This document shows positions 25,092 through 34,276 of a DNA stretch of 37,486 bases, piece by piece. The stretch is from the IMG/VR virus record IMGVR_UViG_3300017909_000959, positions 1-37,486 of that record. One strand, given 5' to 3'. How positions within the stretch are numbered: position 1 is the first letter of the stretch; each line of letters starts with the position of its first letter. The notes under the pieces are model-generated. The model worked only from the letters and a program-made list of their open reading frames with translations, was not told the origin of the DNA and did no database searches. The position numbers were made by a program, and so were the translations under genes. The stretch comes from a virus (Duplodnaviria > Caudoviricetes).

Positions 25092-28000
25092 CTGTTTGCT
25101 CCTTTTCAGATTCTTGTTCATATCCATCGTGGATAATCGTTTTCACTACAAAAGCTTTTAGTAGTGGGGTTAAGTATCGTACGTCTTTAGTTGTTACGTT
25201 AGATGGATCAACCATCATTTTATATATGATTTCTCCTGCTTCTTTGTCACGGGCTACAAGTTCAAGTACGTTTGTGTCGCCTTGAGAAAGTTTACGTAAA
25301 GCCATTTCTCCAGCAATATACTGGGTGCTTACCATTCCTCTTGACCAGTTGAACATACGACTTAGTACCTCGTTATCTGACATGGGTCGAACACTTCCTT
25401 GAGTAAGTCCAGTAGGAACAGTTCCACCCCCTTGAGTAAACTTCATAAATCTAGCTATGTTTTCCATGTACTCTAAAGAATCGGGATCTATATACTCTTC
25501 AAATAACGCTCTGACATTTGGATTATTTAAATCTTCTACAAGCTGCACGGGATTTATCATAGTTTCTCTAGCTCGTGTTTGACCGTCTAATGTTTTGTAC
25601 GTGTACTTATCGGACGGTGCAACTCCCGCTCTTTCCATCAGTGCTTTAGGAATCATGTATTTCATAGCAGATTCAAATTCTTTAGTAGCTTCTTCAACAC
25701 TTAGCTGACCCCCGGCTGTACGTGCATTTATAAAATCAGCTTCTATTCTGTCAATTCCGCCTCTTCCTTGTGTCATAAGTATCTGATCAAATATTTGCAT
25801 GTAGTTCATACTAGCGTTGCGCTCAAGTTGTTTTACGCTATTTAATTCAAATTTAGCTTCGACTACGTTAGCATCTTGTCCTGTTTTTATAATTTGATCT
25901 GTTTCTTTTATAAAATCGTCTTTTTGTTTAGCAATACTTGCATCTTGTTTTATAAGATCAGATATATCTACTTCTAAGTTTTGCATCTTATCAAAATCTA
26001 AAAGTTGCATCGTTTCAACGCCCCCGTCAGTTTTTACCTTCACAGTAACACTCTCCTGAAGTTGAGCTATTCTACCTGCTCTGCTCCAATCGTATTCCCC
26101 CTGTGTAAGTCTAGCAGATGGAGAACCCTCTGCTAATCCTGCCTGACGAGCTTGTAATAGTCTAGTAGTTTGTTGAGAACCCCACGCTTCGTACACAAGG
26201 GAAGAAAGAACGGTAGATGCACTTGCAAACGCATTTACTCCCTCTTCTGTTGTAAGATCAAATCCAAGACTGTTGTCATCAAGACGTTGCCCCCACACTT
26301 TCGTAACGTCCTCTACTTGTCTAACAACATCATAAAGGTTATCTGGATCGGGTTCGTTTATTGTCTTTATCATAGCGTTACGTAGTGGTTCGTGCCAAGT
26401 TTCTGGTTCAGAACCTTTTTTCCAAACGTTTCGGTATTCTCCTTCTCCTGACAGTCCTGCCTTCTTTTGAAATCCTTTATCAATAGTGTCAGCTAAACCA
26501 CCACTTAAATAAGGGTCAAACTTTATTGCTGAATATTCATTACGTGCTTTTTGTAACGGAGCTGCTAGTTCAGGAATGCTCATAAGAACTTGATTAAAAC
26601 TGTTTGCGTTATCGATGTATTTACTACTCAGGGCAGGATTAGAATTTTCTGTACGCTTCGCCATTCTGTTTAAATGTTTTCTTATCTCATCAACTTCGTA
26701 CGCAGTAGCTTTAAACATGCTAAAGTCGCCACTGCTTGCAGACATAGCTAACCCTATCTCGAAAAAAGATGGATCATCTGACATGCCAACTGCTAACGGA
26801 TTTACTTCACCATTTTCAAAATTCTTTATTGTAAATTGGGCTTTTATTTTTTGTAGTTCTTGTTCGTCAAACTGAGAAAAGAAACGATCTGCCATTCCCT
26901 CGAATGTGTTTAGTAATTGCCTTCCGGATGTGCTTTTAAAAAATTCTTTATCTGCTTGAAACAAACCACGTAAAGCTTGAGCGTCCATACCCTCAACTAC
27001 ACCGAATGTGTCTTTGATGACATCTTGGATGTCTACCTCTTTACCTCTCATCATGGTGTCTACTTCAGCGTACGCAGCTTTAGCTAAACGTTGATGATAG
27101 GCCATTTGAGTTTCGTACGCATCTTCTAATAACAAGCCTAACTCACGTCTGTACCGAACATTGTCTGTGCCTTGTAAAGATTGAATTGCTCTTGCTTTTC
27201 TAGCTATGGCATCGCTTAGTTTATTATGCTCCGTATGTATTATTTGTTTTTGTCTCTCAATACTTTGTAAAGCTTCTTTGTCAATTCCTATACGTGCATC
27301 TATAATTTTATTAAATTCATCAGGGTTGAGAAGAACATCGGGATCTGAAACTTTAGAATCTAAAATACGTGATACATCATCTCTTCTAGCAGATATCTGT
27401 CGGGTTGAGTTTATTGTTGCTTCTTCAAGATTGTCTAACCACATTCTCATGTTATTTAAATCTTCTACGTTTTCTCCCCCGCCCTCTACAAGCATCTCTC
27501 TTAATCTATTTATAGTTTTATTTACACCATCAAGCAGTTGTTCTTGGCTATTTTGATATGTAATCGCAGCTTTAATTTTATCTGTAGCCCCTCTACCTGT
27601 TGCGAGGTTATTTGCTTCAACTGCCTGTAAATAATTTATTTGAGACATTTGAGCAAATGTTAACTCTAAGTTTTTTAAAACTTCAGTTTGTTGCTCCGGT
27701 TTAAAAGCAGCTACAAGATTATCTCGTACCTCTATAGCTTCTGTTATATTAGCCATAACGTTGTTCCGTTGATCTTCTGGAACAAGACGCATCACTTTAG
27801 ATATTCTTTCAATGCCTTTTATTTGTTCTGTAGTTAAAGGCTCTAAACCCTCTTGTCTACGAGCGTTGTTTATTATATCGTATCTTCTATCTACAAGAGT
27901 ACCTAAAGGTATTCTACCACCACTTGTATACGAAATAACATCCTCAAACAGTTTTAAAACGTCTCGACCTGTACCTGCCGACACAGCATCTCCCGCCATT

Positions 28001-29649
28001 AAAACTCCATATTTTGTACCAGATAAAACAGGTCTTCCCCCGATAGCTAGTCCCACAGCTCCAATAAACTGTCCTGTTTCAGGACTTAAATCTAACGCTG
28101 GTGCTAAAACGTCGTACCCAAGTGCTTGACCCATTGCTATTAAACCTTCGTCCATAGCAAACGAAGCTATCATTGGATTGCCTGTAAAAGCTCCTCTTAA
28201 AAGAGTACGAGCGTGATTAGCTTCCATTATTTTTAAGTCTGCCTCTAATCTAGATATCTTTTTAGGTGACTCTCCAAAAAATCTTGCTGCAGCTAGCTCA
28301 TCTTGTGTTTTGATCATTTGAGTTCGTAGTTTCTCAACTGCTTGTTGATTTGTTCTTATCTGAGATACTACTCCTTCGTTACCTTTCATTCCAAATTTTG
28401 TTGCAAGTCTGTCTAAGCTAGCAAAATAATTTCTGGTAAATATGTTATTTGCTTCAGTTTTTTGAATATATCTAAACAGAGTTGATGGGTCAGCTAATCG
28501 CATACGAGCTTTCTGTGCTTCATCAACAGCATTTTTATCTATCCAATCAGATACTCGTTTAAGTTTTTTTGACCCGCTTGCGATACCCATAGCAGTAAAA
28601 CCAACACTTAAAGGAGCGTCAGATAGAGCGTACGTCAGTGCTTTTTCTAATGTTGGTAATCCCTCAAAGCTATATCGCAACAGGCTTCTAGCACCATTTT
28701 CTGTTATGATAGGAGTACGCAGTTTTCCTTCTTCTGTTTCTACAACAGGAAACATCATGTCGTAAGCATCTTGACCGTGTCGTTTTATAAATTCGTTTTC
28801 AAATCTTTGATTTAAATTTTTTGCAAGACTAGCATACCCATCTATGCTGTCCATAGCTCGTTGAACGTACGCCCAGTTATTCTCTCGTTGAGCGCGTGTT
28901 TTCTCCCAAGAATCAGAAAACCCTTCTTCATCTGCATCAGCAAACTCCCCTATTGCCCTAAATACTTGTGGCAAATTTCTTACTAAGCTAGCCGCGTCAG
29001 ACAAGAATGAGGGGAGGTCTGAACCGTACATCTCTCTCATTGACCTCAACACTTCATCAGATAGTTGAGACGTAGAAAACGTGTCTAAAAGAATTTGTTG
29101 TACGTACGAATTGGGTATTTCTTTGACAAGGTAATCTGTAAAAAAATCAGCTCTGTTATTCCGTATCTTTAATTGAGTTTTGCGATCTTTTTCAGAAAGA
29201 TTTCTAAATACTTCATCATCACGTTCCACTCCGGTTAAAGTGATATCCACACCTGCAATGACAGGGGTTGTTGCTTTTTGTGTATTTAAAAAGTATTGAT
29301 CTCCTGTAGCAATAGCAATTTGATTTCTTAAATCAGTTATTGCCTTTTTGTCTCCCTGTTTTGCACTCTCAAGAAGAAAAAGATCAACTTCTTTCTCTCC
29401 TATCCTAGTTGTTTTTCCCTGTAACAAATCATCTATTGTAGAAATAGGTGGAAGTTTTTCTTGAGCTTGTTTCTTTTGTATTTCCCTTGTTATTTGTAAC
29501 TGACGTTTACCCTCTTCTTCTTCTACTATAGTTTTAGGAAGTGATGTCAAAGGAGACGCAAGTCGCCCTGCTCGTGAAGATAACTCTTCTTCCGGACGAA
29601 ATTCAATTGATGCACTTGGTTCTATTTGAGGCTGTAATATTGATACCAT
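25075..29649 (-). CDS. Large internal virion (ejection) protein, 1524 aa
   Basis: Size, helical composition and position at the end of the structural module (T7 gp16-like by analogy only). Confidence 0.65.
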   Translation of the reverse strand: MVSILQPQIEPSASIEFRPEEELSSRAGRLASPLTSLPKTIVEEEEGKRQLQITREIQKKQAQEKLPPISTIDDLLQGKTTRIGEKEVDLFLLESAKQGDKKAITDLRNQIAIATGDQYFLNTQKATTPVIAGVDITLTGVERDDEVFRNLSEKDRKTQLKIRNNRADFFTDYLVKEIPNSYVQQILLDTFSTSQLSDEVLRSMREMYGSDLPSFLSDAASLVRNLPQVFRAIGEFADADEEGFSDSWEKTRAQRENNWAYVQRAMDSIDGYASLAKNLNQRFENEFIKRHGQDAYDMMFPVVETEEGKLRTPIITENGARSLLRYSFEGLPTLEKALTYALSDAPLSVGFTAMGIASGSKKLKRVSDWIDKNAVDEAQKARMRLADPSTLFRYIQKTEANNIFTRNYFASLDRLATKFGMKGNEGVVSQIRTNQQAVEKLRTQMIKTQDELAAARFFGESPKKISRLEADLKIMEANHARTLLRGAFTGNPMIASFAMDEGLIAMGQALGYDVLAPALDLSPETGQFIGAVGLAIGGRPVLSGTKYGVLMAGDAVSAGTGRDVLKLFEDVISYTSGGRIPLGTLVDRRYDIINNARRQEGLEPLTTEQIKGIERISKVMRLVPEDQRNNVMANITEAIEVRDNLVAAFKPEQQTEVLKNLELTFAQMSQINYLQAVEANNLATGRGATDKIKAAITYQNSQEQLLDGVNKTINRLREMLVEGGGENVEDLNNMRMWLDNLEEATINSTRQISARRDDVSRILDSKVSDPDVLLNPDEFNKIIDARIGIDKEALQSIERQKQIIHTEHNKLSDAIARKARAIQSLQGTDNVRYRRELGLLLEDAYETQMAYHQRLAKAAYAEVDTMMRGKEVDIQDVIKDTFGVVEGMDAQALRGLFQADKEFFKSTSGRQLLNTFEGMADRFFSQFDEQELQKIKAQFTIKNFENGEVNPLAVGMSDDPSFFEIGLAMSASSGDFSMFKATAYEVDEIRKHLNRMAKRTENSNPALSSKYIDNANSFNQVLMSIPELAAPLQKARNEYSAIKFDPYLSGGLADTIDKGFQKKAGLSGEGEYRNVWKKGSEPETWHEPLRNAMIKTINEPDPDNLYDVVRQVEDVTKVWGQRLDDNSLGFDLTTEEGVNAFASASTVLSSLVYEAWGSQQTTRLLQARQAGLAEGSPSARLTQGEYDWSRAGRIAQLQESVTVKVKTDGGVETMQLLDFDKMQNLEVDISDLIKQDASIAKQKDDFIKETDQIIKTGQDANVVEAKFELNSVKQLERNASMNYMQIFDQILMTQGRGGIDRIEADFINARTAGGQLSVEEATKEFESAMKYMIPKALMERAGVAPSDKYTYKTLDGQTRARETMINPVQLVEDLNNPNVRALFEEYIDPDSLEYMENIARFMKFTQGGGTVPTGLTQGSVRPMSDNEVLSRMFNWSRGMVSTQYIAGEMALRKLSQGDTNVLELVARDKEAGEIIYKMMVDPSNVTTKDVRYLTPLLKAFVVKTIIHDGYEQESEKEQTDEDVQ

Positions 29650-29653
29650 TTAA

Positions 29654-31774
29654 TTACCTATATACTATATCTTCTGGAGGAATTACATTTCCATCTTTAT
29701 CTGTATAAACAGGCGCACCATTTTTACTTACTCCTCTACCCCCTGTTTTAGGTTGTACTTGGAATACAGCGTTACCATTTTTATCTGTGGCTGTTGTAGA
29801 TTGCATGAAATTGTAGCTATCCTTATCGTACACTGTTAGTTCTGGTGCAGGAAGTGCGTCCGTTCTACCTTGCTGCCTTTGTATCATTCCCTGTTTGTTA
29901 CGTGAAAGATAATCGGCAGTAATCAAACCATCAATTACAAGAAAATCTCGTGTGCTAGCTTGACGAGTAGATGAACCTAATTTTTTTAAAAGCTCTACTT
30001 GATTTCTTTTCTTCTCAAACTCTGCGATAACTATGTCTAGTGCGGGTATTGCATCTTGGGGTGTTCTAAATGGTTTGCCAAGTTTTAAATACTGTAATTC
30101 AATATCTTGGTTAGATAGTCTTCCAGATGGATCAGCAGCACGAGCCATTTCAAATGCTAGCGTGATACGTAACGCCTCTAACTCTGCCACGTTGTTTTCT
30201 CTAGCCTTTTCTATTCTTTCTTTTAATAAATTGTCGTACTCTTCTGTGTAGTTTTCTTTGTTATATACATTCAACTTTCCTTCAGATGTAACGTTTAAAT
30301 CGTACTGACTATCTATTTCGGTTTTCTTTAAATTTAAAGCTTCACCGATTGTTCCCGTAATTCTACCTGCTATAGTAGATATAGCACCCCCCTCAATACC
30401 GAAGATACCCTGTATATCTAGTATAAAACCCTCTATTCCCATAGAACCTTTATTTGCAGCCATATTCTCAATGGTTTTCTGTCTAAACAAAGCTAATTGA
30501 TCAGATGTATTTATAATTGCCTGTGATTGAGTTTCAAAATCAGCAAAGTTCATATCTTTTGCTTTATCCCCGTACAACTTTCTCATTATATAATTTTGAA
30601 TAGTTTCGTTCTTTACTTTTCGTACTTCTCCGAAACCCGTCTCTGATTGAGGAACTGCTTTGTCGTAAGTCATGTGGGGAGCTAAAACGTACGCCATAGC
30701 TTGTACATCATCTCCGGCAATTTTCTCTAGCTTTTGTATAGCTTGTATCAGGGCATTCTCATTTTGTTCTAACCTCAATTGAAAGTTATCCGGATCTAAC
30801 ATTCCAACGTTTCTAATCTCGTTAGGTATTTGTAAACTAGCTAGAAGTAAGTTTTTAGATTTTTGTGCTGTCATACCTAAATCATTTGTTACTTTTGTTT
30901 GCCAAAAATAAAAAAAGTCTTGAGGGTTTACTTCAAACTTATCAGCCATTACAGTTAGATTTGCAGTTTGTATGTCATTTAAAACCATAAAACGACCATC
31001 TTCTACGTCGTAATCGTTGCCTTCTATTCCCGGCACTCCAACTACAATTGTTCCTTGCTGTGCTTTGTTTGGTTTTCTTGCAGCGTACTCATTTAAAGAA
31101 GAATCTATATCTTGTGATTGAGCAGCAGTTAAATTGCTTCTTGGAGTAACTCCTTCTGGAATAGCATTGAGATTAGTTGCATTTTGATCCAACCAGTAAA
31201 GTCCTTGAAATAGTGAGTTTGCATTTTGACCTACATCTATGTCAATTTCTTTGTCGCCTTGAACAGAGGATCTATATGTTTGCCTAGTGACATTCATTTG
31301 ACTAACAAGTGCTGATCTTTCTTGAGGACTCATATTTCTAAATTTATTTTGTACTGTAGGATCTTGCATCAACGCGTTCATTTCACTCATAAGCATAGCG
31401 TGTTGATCATTAGTTCCTGTCCACTCTATATCTTTCAACAAACTTATTTTGTTTACTCCGCTGCCATAAGTAAGACCGTATGTACTTACACTGTTAACCG
31501 TATCACGTAACTTAGTAAAATCTAAATCCATATCTCCAGAGGGTCTTCCGAATAAATCTACGCGACCTCTACCAGCTATCTGTTCTTCACCGCCCTCTAT
31601 TATGTTACTTATAGCATCCCCTAGTTCTACTTTGTCATCAGAGTACGCTTCTATCATAGATGCGCGTAAATCATCTAGCGAGGCTTTATCTGCTTGCCTT
31701 TTAGCTTTCTCTTCTTGTATGTTGTTAGTAAAGCCATTAATTAACCCAATGGCAAATGCAGCACCCATTCCCAT
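29654..31774 (-). CDS. Internal virion protein, 706 aa
   Basis: N-terminal GAAFAIGLINGF segment, GRLSNQD motif, module position. Confidence 0.6.
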   Translation of the reverse strand: MGMGAAFAIGLINGFTNNIQEEKAKRQADKASLDDLRASMIEAYSDDKVELGDAISNIIEGGEEQIAGRGRVDLFGRPSGDMDLDFTKLRDTVNSVSTYGLTYGSGVNKISLLKDIEWTGTNDQHAMLMSEMNALMQDPTVQNKFRNMSPQERSALVSQMNVTRQTYRSSVQGDKEIDIDVGQNANSLFQGLYWLDQNATNLNAIPEGVTPRSNLTAAQSQDIDSSLNEYAARKPNKAQQGTIVVGVPGIEGNDYDVEDGRFMVLNDIQTANLTVMADKFEVNPQDFFYFWQTKVTNDLGMTAQKSKNLLLASLQIPNEIRNVGMLDPDNFQLRLEQNENALIQAIQKLEKIAGDDVQAMAYVLAPHMTYDKAVPQSETGFGEVRKVKNETIQNYIMRKLYGDKAKDMNFADFETQSQAIINTSDQLALFRQKTIENMAANKGSMGIEGFILDIQGIFGIEGGAISTIAGRITGTIGEALNLKKTEIDSQYDLNVTSEGKLNVYNKENYTEEYDNLLKERIEKARENNVAELEALRITLAFEMARAADPSGRLSNQDIELQYLKLGKPFRTPQDAIPALDIVIAEFEKKRNQVELLKKLGSSTRQASTRDFLVIDGLITADYLSRNKQGMIQRQQGRTDALPAPELTVYDKDSYNFMQSTTATDKNGNAVFQVQPKTGGRGVSKNGAPVYTDKDGNVIPPEDIVYR

Positions 31775-31776
31775 TT

Positions 31777-32298
31777 TTATTCATCCTCACTTATAAACGA
31801 TTCCATTTTTTTTGGCGTTTCCCCTCTTCGGATGCCAGCATTTATATTTTCTCGTACGTATTCAAACATTGTAGGATTGTTCTCTTTCATCATACTAAAG
31901 AACGTACGATCATCCATAGTATCTTTTTCAAAGACATCTTCATTTTCAAAAAACTTGTATGGTACTTTCTCTTCTTCGGCAACTCCCGCCACGTACAATC
32001 CTAGTGGCCCTTTTAATAAGATGCCTACGTCTGGATTAAACTTGCCTTTTTGGAAAGCTGCTAGTATGTACCCCTCTACAAGAGTTTCAACAGACACCCC
32101 TACCACAAGTAGTTTTAGCAATTCTGATTTTCGTTTAGGGTTTTCTAGTTGAACTATTGCTTCTTCTAAAGCCTCTTCTGGATCAACTAACTGTGGTGGT
32201 CTTCCCCACGGCCATCTAGAATTATCTTCTGTTAAAGAATGTCCCGGAGTTGCTCCTGCAAACGGGTCTTTATCTTGTATTGTTTTTGGTAGTTCCAT
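31777..32298 (-). CDS. Putative virion protein, 173 aa
   Basis: PGHSLT...WPWGRPP motif; structural operon. Confidence 0.65.
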   Translation of the reverse strand: MELPKTIQDKDPFAGATPGHSLTEDNSRWPWGRPPQLVDPEEALEEAIVQLENPKRKSELLKLLVVGVSVETLVEGYILAAFQKGKFNPDVGILLKGPLGLYVAGVAEEEKVPYKFFENEDVFEKDTMDDRTFFSMMKENNPTMFEYVRENINAGIRRGETPKKMESFISEDE

Positions 32299-32301
32299 AA
32301 T

Positions 32302-32718
32302 TTATGCTTTCGTTGTAGGGGGTGCTAGACCAAGTGTTCGTCTGCCTTGTTGTAACGTAGGAGTTATTCCACTCTGTCGCAGTAACGCTGCTACATCAGG
32401 ATTTATTGAAGAAGTAAGTTTTTGTATTTTATCTTGAAACAAAGAGCTATTTGTTCCTATCTGTCTGACAGGAGTTGCTCCCCCCTGTGTTGTAGGACGT
32501 TTAAGAAATTGTCTGTATACACCTATCTCTGGCAAATCAGGAGCAGAAGGAACTTCTCTAGTTTGTTGATCAATAAATGCTTTTGCACCTTTTTTTATAA
32601 ACCCAGCAGCTAAATCTGAACCTGAATAATCCTCATCCTCTACTTTTGATGGGCCAGCAATTATCTTCTTGCCTGTAGTCATCAAGAAATTTGTTGCTGT
32701 AGTTAAAAAATCAAACAT
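32302..32718 (-). CDS. Putative virion protein, 138 aa
   Basis: GGAG RBS; structural operon. Confidence 0.6.
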   Translation of the reverse strand: MFDFLTTATNFLMTTGKKIIAGPSKVEDEDYSGSDLAAGFIKKGAKAFIDQQTREVPSAPDLPEIGVYRQFLKRPTTQGGATPVRQIGTNSSLFQDKIQKLTSSINPDVAALLRQSGITPTLQQGRRTLGLAPPTTKA

Positions 32719-32721
32719 ATA

Positions 32722-34041
32722 TTAGCTCCCTATCCATGTAGAAATCCACGTACCTATCGCTAAACTTAACTGATCTCTTTGTTGTTTGTTGTACAGACTT
32801 TTTGCATTTGCAAATTCCATAGCCAGCATACCTAGCTCGTGCATTCTTTGTTGTTTGTTTTCTGCTTTTTGAAAATTCCAAGAAGCTTTATCTCTGTAAA
32901 GTTGCCAGTGATTATTTAGATCGTTTTGATCTGCATTAAACTGTAACTGAACATTAAATCTATTAGTTTCATTTTGTTGAGCCGTCTCAAATGTATTAAG
33001 CTCTCTTCTCCAAACTGCGTTAGACTGATCTATCGCAAACTGCATATTAGAGTTAAATCTTTCTCGTGTATCTTGCAAGGTTAGATTGTACTGTTCCATT
33101 GCATTTTGTTCACTTACGTTGAATTGTTCTATTGCTGCAGCACGGTTAGCGTTGCTTGTATCTACTGAAACACCTAGCTCTGCAAAAAACTGTTCAACTT
33201 GTAATTCATTCTTTGCATTGAATTGCAAACGTGCATTCTCCTCTGCTGCATCTTTAAACAACGCTTGATTAAGTGCATTGTATTCTATTTCCGAAGCTTT
33301 TTGACGAGCAGATAAATTAGCAATGTCAACTTGTAAAAGAGCTTGCCCATTTGCTACGGCTGCTTGCATTCGCGCATTTAGATTTGCTCTATCCATAGCA
33401 GCGACCATAGCAGCATTTTGTAGGGCTGCACGATTTTGATTATTTAAATTAGTCAATTGTAATCGTGCGTATTGATCTGCGTCAGATTTAGCAATCGGTA
33501 TGCCGGATTCCATTATAGATTGAATCATTGCTGATGCAGCCATACTAGATTTTCCTAGTCCTCTTGCTTGCATCACTCCTGCAACTTTACGAGCTGCTGG
33601 ACTTGCCCACGGGGGAAGAGGTTTTCCATCTTCAATCCCAGACAGCAGTTGACTTAGTTGATATTGAGTTGTGGCTCGTTCATCTAAATCTCCTGTTATG
33701 GCTTCTGCGTACGCATTGTCAGATACTTTACCTTGTACTGCTTCAACGTACGATTTTCTAGGATCAATCTGTTGAGCATCAAACTCCCCAATTTTACTTG
33801 CAACAGATTCTATTGAATCTACTTGACCTACGTCTGTTGGAGTTTCAGGAGCAGTTGTTTGAAACGTATCTGTAACTTGTTTAGGTTCAAGACTAATTGT
33901 TGTGTCAAGTGGAGTTTGATCACCAAGAAACGTACCTGTGGTATCTACTTTTTCTGTTTCAACTTGAGGTACATCTGGAGTTGTAGGAGGTTTTGGTAAC
34001 TCTACCTTTTCTTCCTCAGTCTTTTTTTCTTCTTCTGCCAT
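32722..34041 (-). CDS. Q/N/A-rich helical virion (ejection/pilot-like) protein, 439 aa
   Basis: Repeated QFN/RFN/QYN units in a long helical region. Confidence 0.6.
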   Translation of the reverse strand: MAEEEKKTEEEKVELPKPPTTPDVPQVETEKVDTTGTFLGDQTPLDTTISLEPKQVTDTFQTTAPETPTDVGQVDSIESVASKIGEFDAQQIDPRKSYVEAVQGKVSDNAYAEAITGDLDERATTQYQLSQLLSGIEDGKPLPPWASPAARKVAGVMQARGLGKSSMAASAMIQSIMESGIPIAKSDADQYARLQLTNLNNQNRAALQNAAMVAAMDRANLNARMQAAVANGQALLQVDIANLSARQKASEIEYNALNQALFKDAAEENARLQFNAKNELQVEQFFAELGVSVDTSNANRAAAIEQFNVSEQNAMEQYNLTLQDTRERFNSNMQFAIDQSNAVWRRELNTFETAQQNETNRFNVQLQFNADQNDLNNHWQLYRDKASWNFQKAENKQQRMHELGMLAMEFANAKSLYNKQQRDQLSLAIGTWISTWIGS

Positions 34042-34043
34042 GA

Positions 34044-34274
34044 TTAATCCTTACTCAAAGCTCTATCTAGCTTATCTTCTAACCTATGCAACGCTTCCAT
34101 AAGTCTGTCCATGTTCTCTCGCACTTCTACGCGTGTTGCGTACTCCTCGCGGGTCTTGTTTAAAAGTATTTGTATTCGTTTTACTTCGGCAAACATCTGA
34201 CGAAATGCCCAGAACGCTGGTGCTACAATCATTGTGAGGATGATATTCCAGAAAAGCATTGCGTCTAGTTCCAT
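34044..34274 (-). CDS. Small membrane-anchored coiled-coil protein (holin-like)
   Basis: One N-terminal TM segment followed by a coiled coil; follows the tail fibre gene. Confidence 0.55.
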   Translation of the reverse strand: MELDAMLFWNIILTMIVAPAFWAFRQMFAEVKRIQILLNKTREEYATRVEVRENMDRLMEALHRLEDKLDRALSKD

Positions 34275-34276
34275 AA